Made by a program: the position numbers and the translations under genes. A stretch of DNA of 64,000 bases from Eledone cirrhosa (taxonomy: Eukaryota), in the NCBI GenBank assembly GCA_964016885.1, contig CAXHJY010001169.1:1-64000 (forward strand). The letters run 5' to 3'. The notes below the pieces were generated by a model. The model saw only the letters and a program-made list of their open reading frames with translations. It searched no databases and had not been told where the DNA came from. The first letter of the stretch is position 1. Each line of letters opens with the position of its first letter. Below, piece by piece: positions 17,019 to 34,600 of the stretch.

Positions 17019-17604
17019 AATGATATGCATCTGTATGTATATATATGTTACTAGATATATTAATTCTTTATAATTATCTCCAAATTATTTGTCGAGCAAT
17101 ATTGGCCAAGACTGCTGCTATGGTAGCAGGCAGGCCGCCGTCTTCTTAACAAACCACTTTCCACTGATTAACCTCGATGTCACGTGATTGATTCTTTTTG
17201 AATTTGCCACCGACGTGATTTGAATTTGCCACAGGCAGTGATTTTCTCAATGGCTAGGAATTCAGTCCACGCTTTGCTATTTTCCATCCACTGAATTATT
17301 TTTGGATAAGTTTTCCAGAGTCCACGCTTTGCTTGGAAACTTAGCTGAGAATAGACTTCCCTGACGACGAAATGATTCTCTATATCTTCTTCGGAAAATA
17401 TATTTATTCCATTTCAGAAACTAATTAGTTGGGAGTGTAATTTTAGTAAGTAAGTTAATTTTATAATTTTCTTATTTTACGTCTCTCATATTATTGTTCT
17501 GCAACCCCATGCATTGAACCACAAAGTTACTAAGACAAAACCTATATATTTGCTAGCATTGATATGCATCTGTATGTATATATATGTTACTAGATATATT
17601 AATT

Positions 17605-17642
<38 letters not shown>

Positions 17643-17856
17643 TATTTACGTATCGAGAGAGAGAAAAAAGAGGAGGATAGGTGATACATATAGTTATTTG
17701 CCAAGTAGCGTATGCCAAAGGTGCTCGATACTAGTACCGGCAGTATTAAATATTCGAAGTGTTAATATTTAGTGGGCTAGAGAGTTAGCAGAGCGTAAGC
17801 ACGTGGGAAAGTAAGAAATCGGAGAATAGACCGTTAAAACATGTTTATTTAAAACA

Positions 17857-17896
17857 GCACCTACGTACGTTTCTCCCAGATGGGCTTCTCAAGGGC
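17857..17896 (-). ncRNA. Hammerhead ribozyme, U3-A8 core variant
   Basis: GCCC-TTGAGAA-G-CCC(ATCT)GGG-A-GAAA-CGTACG-TA-GGTGC, with AATAAA just downstream. Confidence 0.6.
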
Positions 17897-17946
17897 ATAA
17901 ATAACCAAAAGTGTTCCTTACATTGCTCGGAAATAGTTTTGGGGGT

Positions 17947-18016
17947 TAAATTCACATCAAGGTTCATTGCTCGCAAAAATAGCTATTTTTGCGAGCAATG
18001 AACCTTGACGTGAATT

Positions 18017-18018
<2 letters not shown>
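17947..18018. repeat. Spacerless 72 bp palindrome (one mismatch)
   Basis: TAAATTCACATCAAGGTTCATTGCTCGCAAAAATAG|CTATTTTTGCGAGCAATGAACCTTGACGTGAATTTA. Confidence 0.95.
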
Positions 18019-19640
<1,622 letters not shown>

Positions 19641-19953
19641 TAGAATTGGAGCTCTGAAATAGCAATATATATACACTTTATGCTTAATTAAAAGCATTTT
19701 GAAGACCGTAAGCTATTGTTTTTTTAGAGTAGTTACAAATTCACTTGCTTTGATCTCAGCAAACAGGGGAGATAAGCGGACAAGGCCTTATTTCCCTTTT
19801 GTTGAAGCTTATCAAGGCTAACTACTCCCACCTGTCTACCTAGATCACTGATGTTATATTCTTATAGAATTCTAGTAAATAATCAGGAGCTGATTATGCA
19901 GAGCGGTTGTTGGTCAGGCAGAAATTAAAAATTAGGATTGGAGCTCTGAAATA
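19641..19953 (-). mobile_element. Single ~292 bp retrozyme-like unit with terminal redundancy; diverged relative of the 310 bp array unit; U3-A8 HHR at 19774-19820
   Basis: Shares GCTCTGAAATAGC, CATTTTGAAGACC, CTTATAGAAT, AGAGCGGTTG and GGCAGAAATTA in order with the array unit. GCTCTGAAAT recurs at 19651 and 19943. Minus strand TTGATAA..GAAA-TAAGGCCTTG-TC. Confidence 0.75.
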
Positions 19954-19995
19954 CGTTGCTGATGATAGCTAATAAGCTTGAAACTAGTACAGCGT
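19953..19995 (+). ncRNA. Type I hammerhead ribozyme (family C)
   Basis: ACGTTG-CTGATGA-T-AGCT(AATA)AGCT-T-GAAA-CTAG-TA-CAGCGT. Confidence 0.88.
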
Positions 19996-20372
19996 TCCTT
20001 TGTCAGTGTTGAACAAACGAGCAACGATGGTTGCTGGACACTACGGCTTAATACGGGATGTTTGTTTACAAACACACTGAGCATTATAATAAATGTTCGG
20101 TGAATCCATACGTACATATATATATGTGTGCATGTATGTATATACATATACATACTACTGTACGTCTGTATACATATATGTATGTACGTGTACATACTTA
20201 TATTTAAGTAACAGCCGTACTAAGAGTGGGAAATGAAATTTTATTTCATTTTTCCTGTTTATCGTATTCGGTGCACCCGGCCGATTAACCCACTCGATAT
20301 GCAAATTGGGCTACTCAGCCGTTAATATGCATAAGGTAAGTATATACGTTCAACAATCTGGCAGGAAGGTAT

Positions 20373-20415
20373 ACGTTGCTGATGATAGCTAATAAGCTTG
20401 AAACTAGTACAGCGT
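20373..20415 (+). ncRNA. Type I hammerhead ribozyme (family C, second copy, extended helix I)
   Basis: Identical core. Flanks GTTCAACA..CTGGCAGGAAGG / CCTTTGTCAG-TGTTGAAC extend helix I. Confidence 0.88.
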
Positions 20416-20681
20416 TCCTTTGTCAGTGTTGAACAAACGAGCAACGATGGTTGCTGGACACTACGGCTTAATACGGGATGTTTGTTTACAAACACACCGA
20501 GCATTATAATAAATGTTCGGTGAATCCATACGTACATATATATATGTGTGCATGTATGTATATACATATACATACTACTGTACGTCTGTATACATATATG
20601 TATGTACGTGTACATACTTATATTTAAGTAACAGCCGTACTAAGAGTGGGAAATGAAATTTCATTTCATTTTTCCTGTTTA

Positions 20682-21740
<1,059 letters not shown>

Positions 21741-23428
21741 GGAAAGTTATATTTAAATTGTTGGGTTACAACTAGTAAATATTTATAACTGATATAAAAG
21801 CACTCAACAAGTATTTGGAGTATATTTACGATATTAAATAAATGGAAACTATATTTATAAAACCATATTTATTTCATTATATATATTTCAGGGATATCAT
21901 ATTAACAATATGTTATGCCTTCCTCAGACAAAATACAATATAGACAGTTTTATAGATAAATAGATTTGACATACCGTTCAACATCGACTTGTATTTGAAA
22001 AAGTTGATTTGGCAGTGAAAAATTGTAAACAGAAAGAAAGAAAGAGAGAAAGAAGGAAAGAAAGAAAGAAAACGAAGAAAAAGAAGAAAAAGAAGAAATG
22101 CATGCAACAAAATAGAGAGATGGAAAGATAGATAAAGAGAAGAACTTCATGTAAAGAAACAGAGAGAGATATATATAGAGAGAGGAAATAGATAGAGATA
22201 GATATATATAGAGAAAAGTAGGTAGTTGGACATCCGTTGAATGAACGTATCAATGATACATTTATTTATTTATTTATTTATTTAGCTCTAGTATTAATGT
22301 AAGGGAGATATATGTGGTTAGGAAAGAAACCAGCCGTTATATAGAGAGAAAAATGAAAAGTAACCAGACATAGGCGAGGCAGAATTTAAACCCTATGTTT
22401 TAATGTAGAAATATTAGTTCGTATAAAAACCAGGCACTATAATGTAAATATCAGTATTCCTGAATGAGACACGTATCCATAATGTGTGAAAAGTAATGAT
22501 CTTATGTCTAGTTTTAAAAATTCATATCTTTATATGATAACTACAAACATCGATGTGAATTTACGTGATCAACTCTGCAAACCCCTATTTCACACGGAGA
22601 ACATTCTCATTGTGCTATAAAAATTTAAGTATACATATATGTGTATATATACACATATATATAGAGTCTATATTAATTTTAACAATACTATTCTTGTCTT
22701 TACTCTACATGATTATCTATCAAGCAGAGATAGAGAACAGATTTCAATATATTAATAAAAAATAAAAAAATATCAGAAACAAAAACAAAAAATAATAATA
22801 ATATTAATAATAATAAAATAATAAACAAATAAATAAAATAGAAAACTAAAAAATATTACATATTAAAAATAAAAATATTAAAAAATATTAAAAAATATTA
22901 AAAATATAAAAAATATAAAAAAATATTATTAAAACCACATATATCTCCCTTACATTAATACTAGAGCTAAATAAATAAATAAATAAATAAATGTATCATT
23001 GATACGTTCATTCAACGGATGTCCAACTACCTACTTTTCTCTATATATATCTATCTCTATCTATTTCCTCTCTCTATATATATCTCTCTCTGTTTCTTTA
23101 CATGAAGTTCTTCTCTTTATCTATCTTTCCATCTCTCTATTTTGTTGCATGCATTTCTTCTTTTTCTTCTTTTTCTTCGTTTTCTTTCTTTCTTTCCTTC
23201 TTTCTCTCTTTCTTTCTTTCTGTTTACAATTTTTCACTGCCAAATCAACTTTTTCAAATACAAGTCGATGTTGAACGGTATGTCAAATCTATTTATCTAT
23301 AAAACTGTCTATATTGTATTTTGTCTGAGGAAGGCATGCATAACATTTTGTTAATATGATATCCCTGAAATATATATAATGAAATAAATATGGTTTTATA
23401 AATATAGTTTCCATTTATTTAATATCGT
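21741..23428. mobile_element. Head-to-head inverted pair of family B HHR element (arms ~21826-22320 / 22932-23428)
   Basis: Arms are reverse complements (mirror ORFs at 21978- and 22999+). HHR at ~21870-21934 (-) and 23318-23385 (+). Confidence 0.85.
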
Positions 23429-23447
23429 ATATATTTATATATATATA

Positions 23448-23506
<59 letters not shown>

Positions 23507-23509
<3 letters not shown>

Positions 23510-24375
23510 AAAGTTCTATTTAAATTGTCGGGATACAACAAGCAAATATATTTTTATAACTGATATAAAGCACTCTACAAATATTTGGAGTAGATATACG
23601 ATATTAATAAATGGAAACTATATTTATAAAACCATATTTATTTCATTATATATATTTCAAGGATACCAAGTTAAATTATGGTATTCCTTCATCAGACAAA
23701 ATACAATATATAACAGTTTTATAAATAGACATTGACGTACCCTTTTAAAAGTGACCGTTGCTTTTGGAGGCCATCAGGATAGTGGTTTGTTTACTTTAGT
23801 AAGTCATAGTGTTAAGAGTAAGTAAAAAGATGCAGAGTGAGAGAGAAACGTGGAGAAAAGAAAGGGAGAGATAGATAAAGAAAAAGAAGAAAGCAAAAAG
23901 AAGAGAACAGAGGAAAATAACTGGGAGATATCAAACCATCAGACAGAGAAAAAAACTCAAGAGAGAGATATATAGAGATAGAGAGAGGGGGGTGGGGGAG
24001 AGAACGAAAACCTTAAGTTATGTCATATTAAGTTGAGTTAACAATTGAGATGAAATGAATAAATAAAATTAGAAATATTAATATTCATGAATGGAATATA
24101 CTATCCTGATGGCCTCCAAAAGCAACGGTCACTTTTAAAAGGGTACACCAATGTCTATTTATAAAACTGTTATATATTGTATTTTGTCTGATGAAGGCAT
24201 ACCATAATTTAACTTGGTATCCTTGAAATATATATAATGAAATAAATATGTTTATATAAATATAGTTTCCATTTATTAATATCGTATATCTACTCCAAAT
24301 ATTTGTCGAGTGCTTTATATCAGTTATAAAAATATTTGCTTGTTGTATCCCAACAATTTAAATACAACTTTTGCA
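23507..24375. mobile_element. Head-to-head inverted pair of family B HHR element (arms 23507-23784 / 24100-24375)
   Basis: Reverse-complement arms, both ending in (TA)n; HHR at ~23640-23702 (-) and 24181-24243 (+). Confidence 0.85.
24181..24243 (+). ncRNA. Type I hammerhead ribozyme (family B representative; further copies ~25387-25448 +, ~50996-51058 -, 51245-51307 +)
   Basis: ATTTTGT-CTGATGA-AGGCATACCA(TAATTTAACT)TGGTATCCTT-GAAA-TATATA-TA-ATGAAAT; helix I has two G-U pairs. Confidence 0.78.
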
Positions 24376-26205
<1,830 letters not shown>

Positions 26206-26991
26206 ATATAAAGAAAAAGAGATGAAATCGAAAATGCAACTGGAGTCTTATTTTTTTAAAAATATATATATTTATTTGGTTCCTTTACCGGTTTCGCAGT
26301 TCTTCTGCTTTTCAAAAGTAGAGTTAAGATGGAGGGTTTGTGGTTTTTCTCACATCTGGTTGGTATCTGAATGTTACCTTTTTTATATGGAAAAAATGGC
26401 TCGAAATGCCAGGTTTTTCGAGAAGTAATTTGATTGGTTGGTCAATAATTACAATAAATTTCGCGCCAGTTCGCATTACAATAGTTCTTCAAATAAGATG
26501 GGGGGGGGGGGGGGGGGGGTTGTCACAGGTTGTATTTTCATATATGAGTGTTTGAATTTCTTTTTACTTGAAAAAAGGGGCTCACAAGGCTCTTTTTTTT
26601 GGTTATAAATGAAATTATGGCTGTCACGTGAACAAGTTTTCATTAAATTTTCGCACCCTTATTTGGAAATCCATTTTGTAGCTTTTTTAGAGAATTTTAT
26701 GATAAGTAAAAGTTAATGGTCAAGAGAAATGGGATGGGAGAATTGTTCTGGTTCAGTGAATATGGTTAGTTCGCTGGGGTGTCAGAATTCAGATTTTCTA
26801 TTGAATAAAGAAAGTAAAGATATGTATGTTTATTTGTGTGCTTGTGTGTGTGTGTGTGTGTGTGTGTTGTGTGTGTGTGTTTGAATTTCTTTTTACTTAA
26901 AAAAAAGGTGGCTGACGAAGGGTTTTTTTCAAATCACGTTTATTAAAAAAAGCCTTCGTGAGCCACCTTTTTTTTAAGTAAAAAGAAATTC

Positions 26992-27079
<88 letters not shown>

Positions 27080-27780
27080 AGCACACAAATAAACATACAT
27101 ATCTTTACTTTCTTTATTCAATAGAAAGCCTGAATTCTGACACCCCAGCGAACTAACCATGTTCACTGAACCAGAACAATTCCCCATCCCGTTTCTCTTG
27201 ACCATTATCTTTTACTTATCATAAAATTCTCTAAAAGGGCTACAAAATGGATTTCCAAATAAGGGCGCGAAAATTTAATGAAAACTTGTTCACGTGACAG
27301 CCATAATTTCATTTATAACCAAAAAAAAAAAAAAAAAAAAAAAGCCTTCGTGAGCCCCTTTTTTCAAGTAAAAAGAAATTCAAACACTCATATATGAAAA
27401 AACAACCTGTGACAACCGCCCCCCTCTTCTTTGAAGAACTATTGTAACGTGAACTGGCGCGAAATTTATTATAGTTATTGACCAACCAATCAAATTACTT
27501 CTCGAAAAACCTGGCATTTCGAGCCACTTTGTCCATATAAAACAAGTAACATTCAGAGACCAACTAGATGTGAGAAAACCACAGACCCTCCATCTCAACT
27601 CTACTTTTGAAAAGCAGAAGAACTGCGAAACCGGTAAAGGAACCAAATAAATATATATATTTAAAACAAATAAGACTCCAGTTGCATTTTTGATTTCATC
27701 TCTTTTTCTTTATACTTTCACTCGTGTAGGACACCTCGGTTATTTTTCAATTTGTAAAAAAAACCTCACTTTCTAATATT
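26206..27780. mobile_element. Head-to-head inverted pair of family D element (arms ~26206-26930 / 26945-27780) with internal (CA)n and a U3-A8 HHR
   Basis: Arms are reverse complements with many differences. + strand 27604-27639: CTT-TTGAAAA-GCAG(AAGAA)CTGC-GAAA-CCGG-TA-AAG, then AATAAA. Confidence 0.82.
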
Positions 27781-28440
<660 letters not shown>

Positions 28441-28443
<3 letters not shown>

Positions 28444-28649
28444 TTAGAAAGTGAGGTTTTTTTTTACAAAATGAAAAATAACCGAGGTGTCCTACACGAG
28501 TGGAAGTATAAAGAAAAAGGGATGAAATCGAAAATGCAACTGAAGTCTTATTTTTTTTTTTAAATATATATATTTATTTGGTTCCTTTACCGGTTTCGCA
28601 GTTCTTCTGCTTTTCAAAAGGTGAGTTGAGATGGAGGGTCTGTGGTTTT
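28441..28649 (-). mobile_element. Family D 3' terminal fragment with U3-A8 HHR (28584-28621), fused to the 310 bp array
   Basis: Reverse complement of ~27575-27780; helix I CCTT/AAGG. Confidence 0.8.
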
Positions 28650-28679
28650 ACAGAAATTTTACAGAATTTAGAAATTTTA

Positions 28680-31600
28680 CAGAAATTAGAAATTGGAATA
28701 AATGCTCTGAAATAGCGATATATATGTGAATATAGACATAGAATATTCGAAAATATTCTGTATGTTTATAATAAACATTTTGAAGACCTAATCGCTATAG
28801 AATAGAATACGTCACGTATTACAATTAGATTCTCGATAAAAGCAAGGGAAGTAATCTACGCGTTTCATTCTTGTTAGAAATCATCAGGACTACATATCCA
28901 GTGCTTTTATCGAGAATGACACAGCTAGAGACTTATAGAATACTTAGCTGTGTACAGGAACTGGTTTGAAAGAGCGGTTGCCGGTCCGGCAGAAATTAGA
29001 AATTGGAATAAATGCTCTGAAATAGCGATATATATGTGAATATAGACATAGAATATTCGAAAATATTCTGTATGTTTATAATAAACATTTTGAAGACCTA
29101 ATCGCTATAGAATAGAATACGTCACGTATTACAATTAGATTCTCGATAAAAGCAAGGGAAGTAATCTACGCGTTTCATTCTTGTTAGAAATCATCAGGAC
29201 TACATATCCAGTGCTTTTATCGAGAATGACACAGCTAGAGACTTATAGAATACTTAGCTGTGTACAGGAACTGGTTTGAAAGAGCGGTTGCCGGTCCGGC
29301 AGAAATTAGAAATTGGAATAAATGCTCTGAAATAGCGATATATATGTGAATATAGACATAGAATATTCGAAAATATTCTGTATGTTTATAATAAACATTT
29401 TGAAGACCTAATCGCTATAGAATAGAATACGTCACGTATTACAATTAGATTCTCGATAAAAGCAAGGGAAGTAATCTACGCGTTTCATTCTTGTTAGAAA
29501 TCATCAGGACTACATATCCAGTGCTTTTATCGAGAATGACACAGCTAGAGACTTATAGAATACTTAGCTGTGTACAGGAACTGGTTTGAAAGAGCGGTTG
29601 CCGGTCCGGCAGAAATTAGAAATTGGAATAAATGCTCTGAAATAGCGATATATATGTGAATATAGACATAGAATATTCGAAAATATTCTGTATGTTTATA
29701 ATAAACATTTTGAAGACCTAATCGCTATAGAATAGAATACGTCACGTATTACAATTAGATTCTCGATAAAAGCAAGGGAAGTAATCTACGCGTTTCATTC
29801 TTGTTAGAAATCATCAGGACTACATATCCAGTGCTTTTATCGAGAATGACACAGCTAGAGACTTATAGAATACTTAGCTGTGTACAGGAACTGGTTTGAA
29901 AGAGCGGTTGCCGGTCCGGCAGAAATTAGAAATTGGAATAAATGCTCTGAAATAGCGATATATATGTGAATATAGACATAGAATATTCGAAAATATTCTG
30001 TATGTTTATAATAAACATTTTGAAGACCTAATCGCTATAGAATAGAATACGTCACGTATTACAATTAGATTCTCGATAAAAGCAAGGGAAGTAATCTACG
30101 CGTTTCATTCTTGTTAGAAATCATCAGGACTACATATCCAGTGCTTTTATCGAGAATGACACAGCTAGAGACTTATAGAATACTTAGCTGTGTACAGGAA
30201 CTGGTTTGAAAGAGCGGTTGCCGGTCCGGCAGAAATTAGAAATTGGAATAAATGCTCTGAAATAGCGATATATATGTGAATATAGACATAGAATATTCGA
30301 AAATATTCTGTATGTTTATAATAAACATTTTGAAGACCTAATCGCTATAGAATAGAATACGTCACGTATTACAATTAGATTCTCGATAAAAGCAAGGGAA
30401 GTAATCTACGCGTTTCATTCTTGTTAGAAATCATCAGGACTACATATCCAGTGCTTTTATCGAGAATGACACAGCTAGAGACTTATAGAATACTTAGCTG
30501 TGTACAGGAACTGGTTTGAAAGAGCGGTTGCCGGTCCGGCAGAAATTAGAAATTGGAATAAATGCTCTGAAATAGCGATATATATGTGAATATAGACATA
30601 GAATATTCGAAAATATTCTGTATGTTTATAATAAACATTTTGAAGACCTAATCGCTATAGAATAGAATACGTCACGTATTACAATTAGATTCTCGATAAA
30701 AGCAAGGGAAGTAATCTACGCGTTTCATTCTTGTTAGAAATCATCAGGACTACATATCCAGTGCTTTTATCGAGAATGACACAGCTAGAGACTTATAGAA
30801 TACTTAGCTGTGTACAGGAACTGGTTTGAAAGAGCGGTTGCCGGTCCGGCAGAAATTAGAAATTGGAATAAATGCTCTGAAATAGCGATATATATGTGAA
30901 TATAGACATAGAATATTCGAAAATATTCTGTATGTTTATAATAAACATTTTGAAAACCTAATCGCTATAGAATAGAATACGTCACGTATTACAATTAGAT
31001 TCTCGATAAAAGCAAGGGAAGTAATCTAGGCGTTTCATTCTTGTTAGAAATCATCAGGACTACATATCCAGTGCTTTTATCGAGAATGACACAGCTAGAG
31101 ACTTATAGAATACTTAGCTGTGTACAGGAACTGGTTTGAAAGAGCGGTTGCCGGTCCGGCAGAAATTAGAAATTGGAATAAATGCTCTGAAATAGCGATA
31201 TATATGTGAATATAGACATAGAATATTCGAAAATATTCTGTATGTTTATAATAAACATTTTGAAGACCTAATCGCTATAGAATAGAATACGTCACGTATT
31301 ACAATTAGATTCTCGATAAAAGCAAGGGAAGTAATCTACGCGTTTCATTCTTGTTAGAAATCATCAGGACTACATATCCAGTGCTTTTATCGAGAATGAC
31401 ACAGCTAGAGACTTATAGAATACTTAGCTGTGTACAGGAACTGGTTTGAAAGAGCGGTTGCCGGTCCGGCAGAAATTAGAAATTGGAATAAATGCTCTGA
31501 AATAGCGATATATATGTGAATATAGACATAGAATATTCGAAAATATTCTGTATGTTTATAATAAACATTTTGAAGACCTAATCGCTATAGAATAGAATAC

Positions 31601-34600
31601 GTCACGTATTACAATTAGATTCTCGATAAAAGCAAGGGAAGTAATCTACGCGTTTCATTCTTGTTAGAAATCATCAGGACTACATATCCAGTGCTTTTAT
31701 CGAGAATGACACAGCTAGAGACTTATAGAATACTTAGCTGTGTACAGGAACTGGTTTGAAAGAGCGGTTGCCGGTCCGGCAGAAATTAGAAATTGGAATA
31801 AATGCTCTGAAATAGCGATATATATGTGAATATAGACATAGAATATTCGAAAATATTCTGTATGTTTATAATAAACATTTTGAAGACCTAATCGCTATAG
31901 AATAGAATACGTCACGTATTACAATTAGATTCTCGATAAAAGCAAGGGAAGTAATCTACGCGTTTCATTCTTGTTAGAAATCATCAGGACTACATATCCA
32001 GTGCTTTTATCGAGAATGACACAGCTAGAGACTTATAGAATACTTAGCTGTGTACAGGAACTGGTTTGAAAGAGCGGTTGCCGGTCCGGCAGAAATTAGA
32101 AATTGGAATAAATGCTCTGAAATAGCGATATATATGTGAATATAGACATAGAATATTCGAAAATATTCTGTATGTTTATAATAAACATTTTGAAGACCTA
32201 ATCGCTATAGAATAGAATACGTCACGTATTACAATTAGATTCTCGATAAAAGCAAGGGAAGTAATCTACGCGTTTCATTCTTGTTAGAAATCATCAGGAC
32301 TACATATCCAGTGCTTTTATCGAGAATGACACAGCTAGAGACTTATAGAATACTTAGCTGTGTACAGGAACTGGTTTGAAAGAGCGGTTGCCGGTCCGGC
32401 AGAAATTAGAAATTGGAATAAATGCTCTGAAATAGCGATATATATGTGAATATAGACATAGAATATTCGAAAATATTCTGTATGTTTATAATAAACATTT
32501 TGAAGACCTAATCGCTATAGAATAGAATACGTCACGTATTACAATTAGATTCTCGATAAAAGCAAGGGAAGTAATCTACGCGTTTCATTCTTGTTAGAAA
32601 TCATCAGGACTACATATCCAGTGCTTTTATCGAGAATGACACAGCTAGAGACTTATAGAATACTTAGCTGTGTACAGGAACTGGTTTGAAAGAGCGGTTG
32701 CCGGTCCGGCAGAAATTAGAAATTGGAATAAATGCTCTGAAATAGCGATATATATGTGAATATAGACATAGAATATTCGAAAATATTCTGTATGTTTATA
32801 ATAAACATTTTGAAGACCTAATCGCTATAGAATAGAATACGTCACGTATTACAATTAGATTCTCGATAAAAGCAAGGGAAGTAATCTACGCGTTTCATTC
32901 TTGTTAGAAATCATCAGGACTACATATCCAGTGCTTTTATCGAGAATGACACAGCTAGAGACTTATAGAATACTTAGCTGTGTACAGGAACTGGTTTGAA
33001 AGAGCGGTTGCCGGTCCGGCAGAAATTAGAAATTGGAATAAATGCTCTGAAATAGCGATATATATGTGAATATAGACATAGAATATTCGAAAATATTCTG
33101 TATGTTTATAATAAACATTTTGAAGACCTAATCGCTATAGAATAGAATACGTCACGTATTACAATTAGATTCTCGATAAAAGCAAGGGAAGTAATCTACG
33201 CGTTTCATTCTTGTTAGAAATCATCAGGACTACATATCCAGTGCTTTTATCGAGAATGACACAGCTAGAGACTTATAGAATACTTAGCTGTGTACAGGAA
33301 CTGGTTTGAAAGAGCGGTTGCCGGTCCGGCAGAAATTAGAAATTGGAATAAATGCTCTGAAATAGCGATATATATGTGAATATAGACATAGAATATTCGA
33401 AAATATTCTGTATGTTTATAATAAACATTTTGAAGACCTAATCGCTATAGAATAGAATACGTCACGTATTACAATTAGATTCTCGATAAAAGCAAGGGAA
33501 GTAATCTACGCGTTTCATTCTTGTTAGAAATCATCAGGACTACATATCCAGTGCTTTTATCGAGAATGACACAGCTAGAGACTTATAGAATACTTAGCTG
33601 TGTACAGGAACTGGTTTGAAAGAGCGGTTGCCGGTCCGGCAGAAATTAGAAATTGGAATAAATGCTCTGAAATAGCGATATATATGTGAATATAGACATA
33701 GAATATTCGAAAATATTCTGTATGTTTATAATAAACATTTTGAAGACCTAATCGCTATAGAATAGAATACGTCACGTATTACAATTAGATTCTCGATAAA
33801 AGCAAGGGAAGTAATCTACGCGTTTCATTCTTGTTAGAAATCATCAGGACTACATATCCAGTGCTTTTATCGAGAATGACACAGCTAGAGACTTATAGAA
33901 TACTTAGCTGTGTACAGGAACTGGTTTGAAAGAGCGGTTGCCGGTCCGGCAGAAATTAGAAATTGGAATAAATGCTCTGAAATAGCGATATATATGTGAA
34001 TATAGACATAGAATATTCGAAAATATTCTGTATGTTTATAATAAACATTTTGAAGACCTAATCGCTATAGAATAGAATACGTCACGTATTACAATTAGAT
34101 TCTCGATAAAAGCAAGGGAAGTAATCTACGCGTTTCATTCTTGTTAGAAATCATCAGGACTACATATCCAGTGCTTTTATCGAGAATGACACAGCTAGAG
34201 ACTTATAGAATACTTAGCTGTGTACAGGAACTGGTTTGAAAGAGCGGTTGCCGGTCCGGCAGAAATTAGAAATTGGAATAAATGCTCTGAAATAGCGATA
34301 TATATGTGAATATAGACATAGAATATTCGAAAATATTCTGTATGTTTATAATAAACATTTTGAAGACCTAATCGCTATAGAATAGAATACGTCACGTATT
34401 ACAATTAGATTCTCGATAAAAGCAAGGGAAGTAATCTACGCGTTTCATTCTTGTTAGAAATCATCAGGACTACATATCCAGTGCTTTTATCGAGAATGAC
34501 ACAGCTAGAGACTTATAGAATACTTAGCTGTGTACAGGAACTGGTTTGAAAGAGCGGTTGCCGGTCCGGCAGAAATTAGAAATTGGAATAAATGCTCTGA

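Larger units (their letters stand above)
19951..20681 (+). mobile_element. Partial tandem (1.7 units, 420 bp period) non-coding HHR element (family C)
   Basis: 19951-20261 is repeated at 20371-20681, with two HHRs 420 bp apart. Confidence 0.85.

Noticed and set aside
17365-17410. CTGACGA...GAAA possible hammerhead
   Set aside because: Helix I does not pair (CTTCC vs ATTCC), so the fold cannot be closed.
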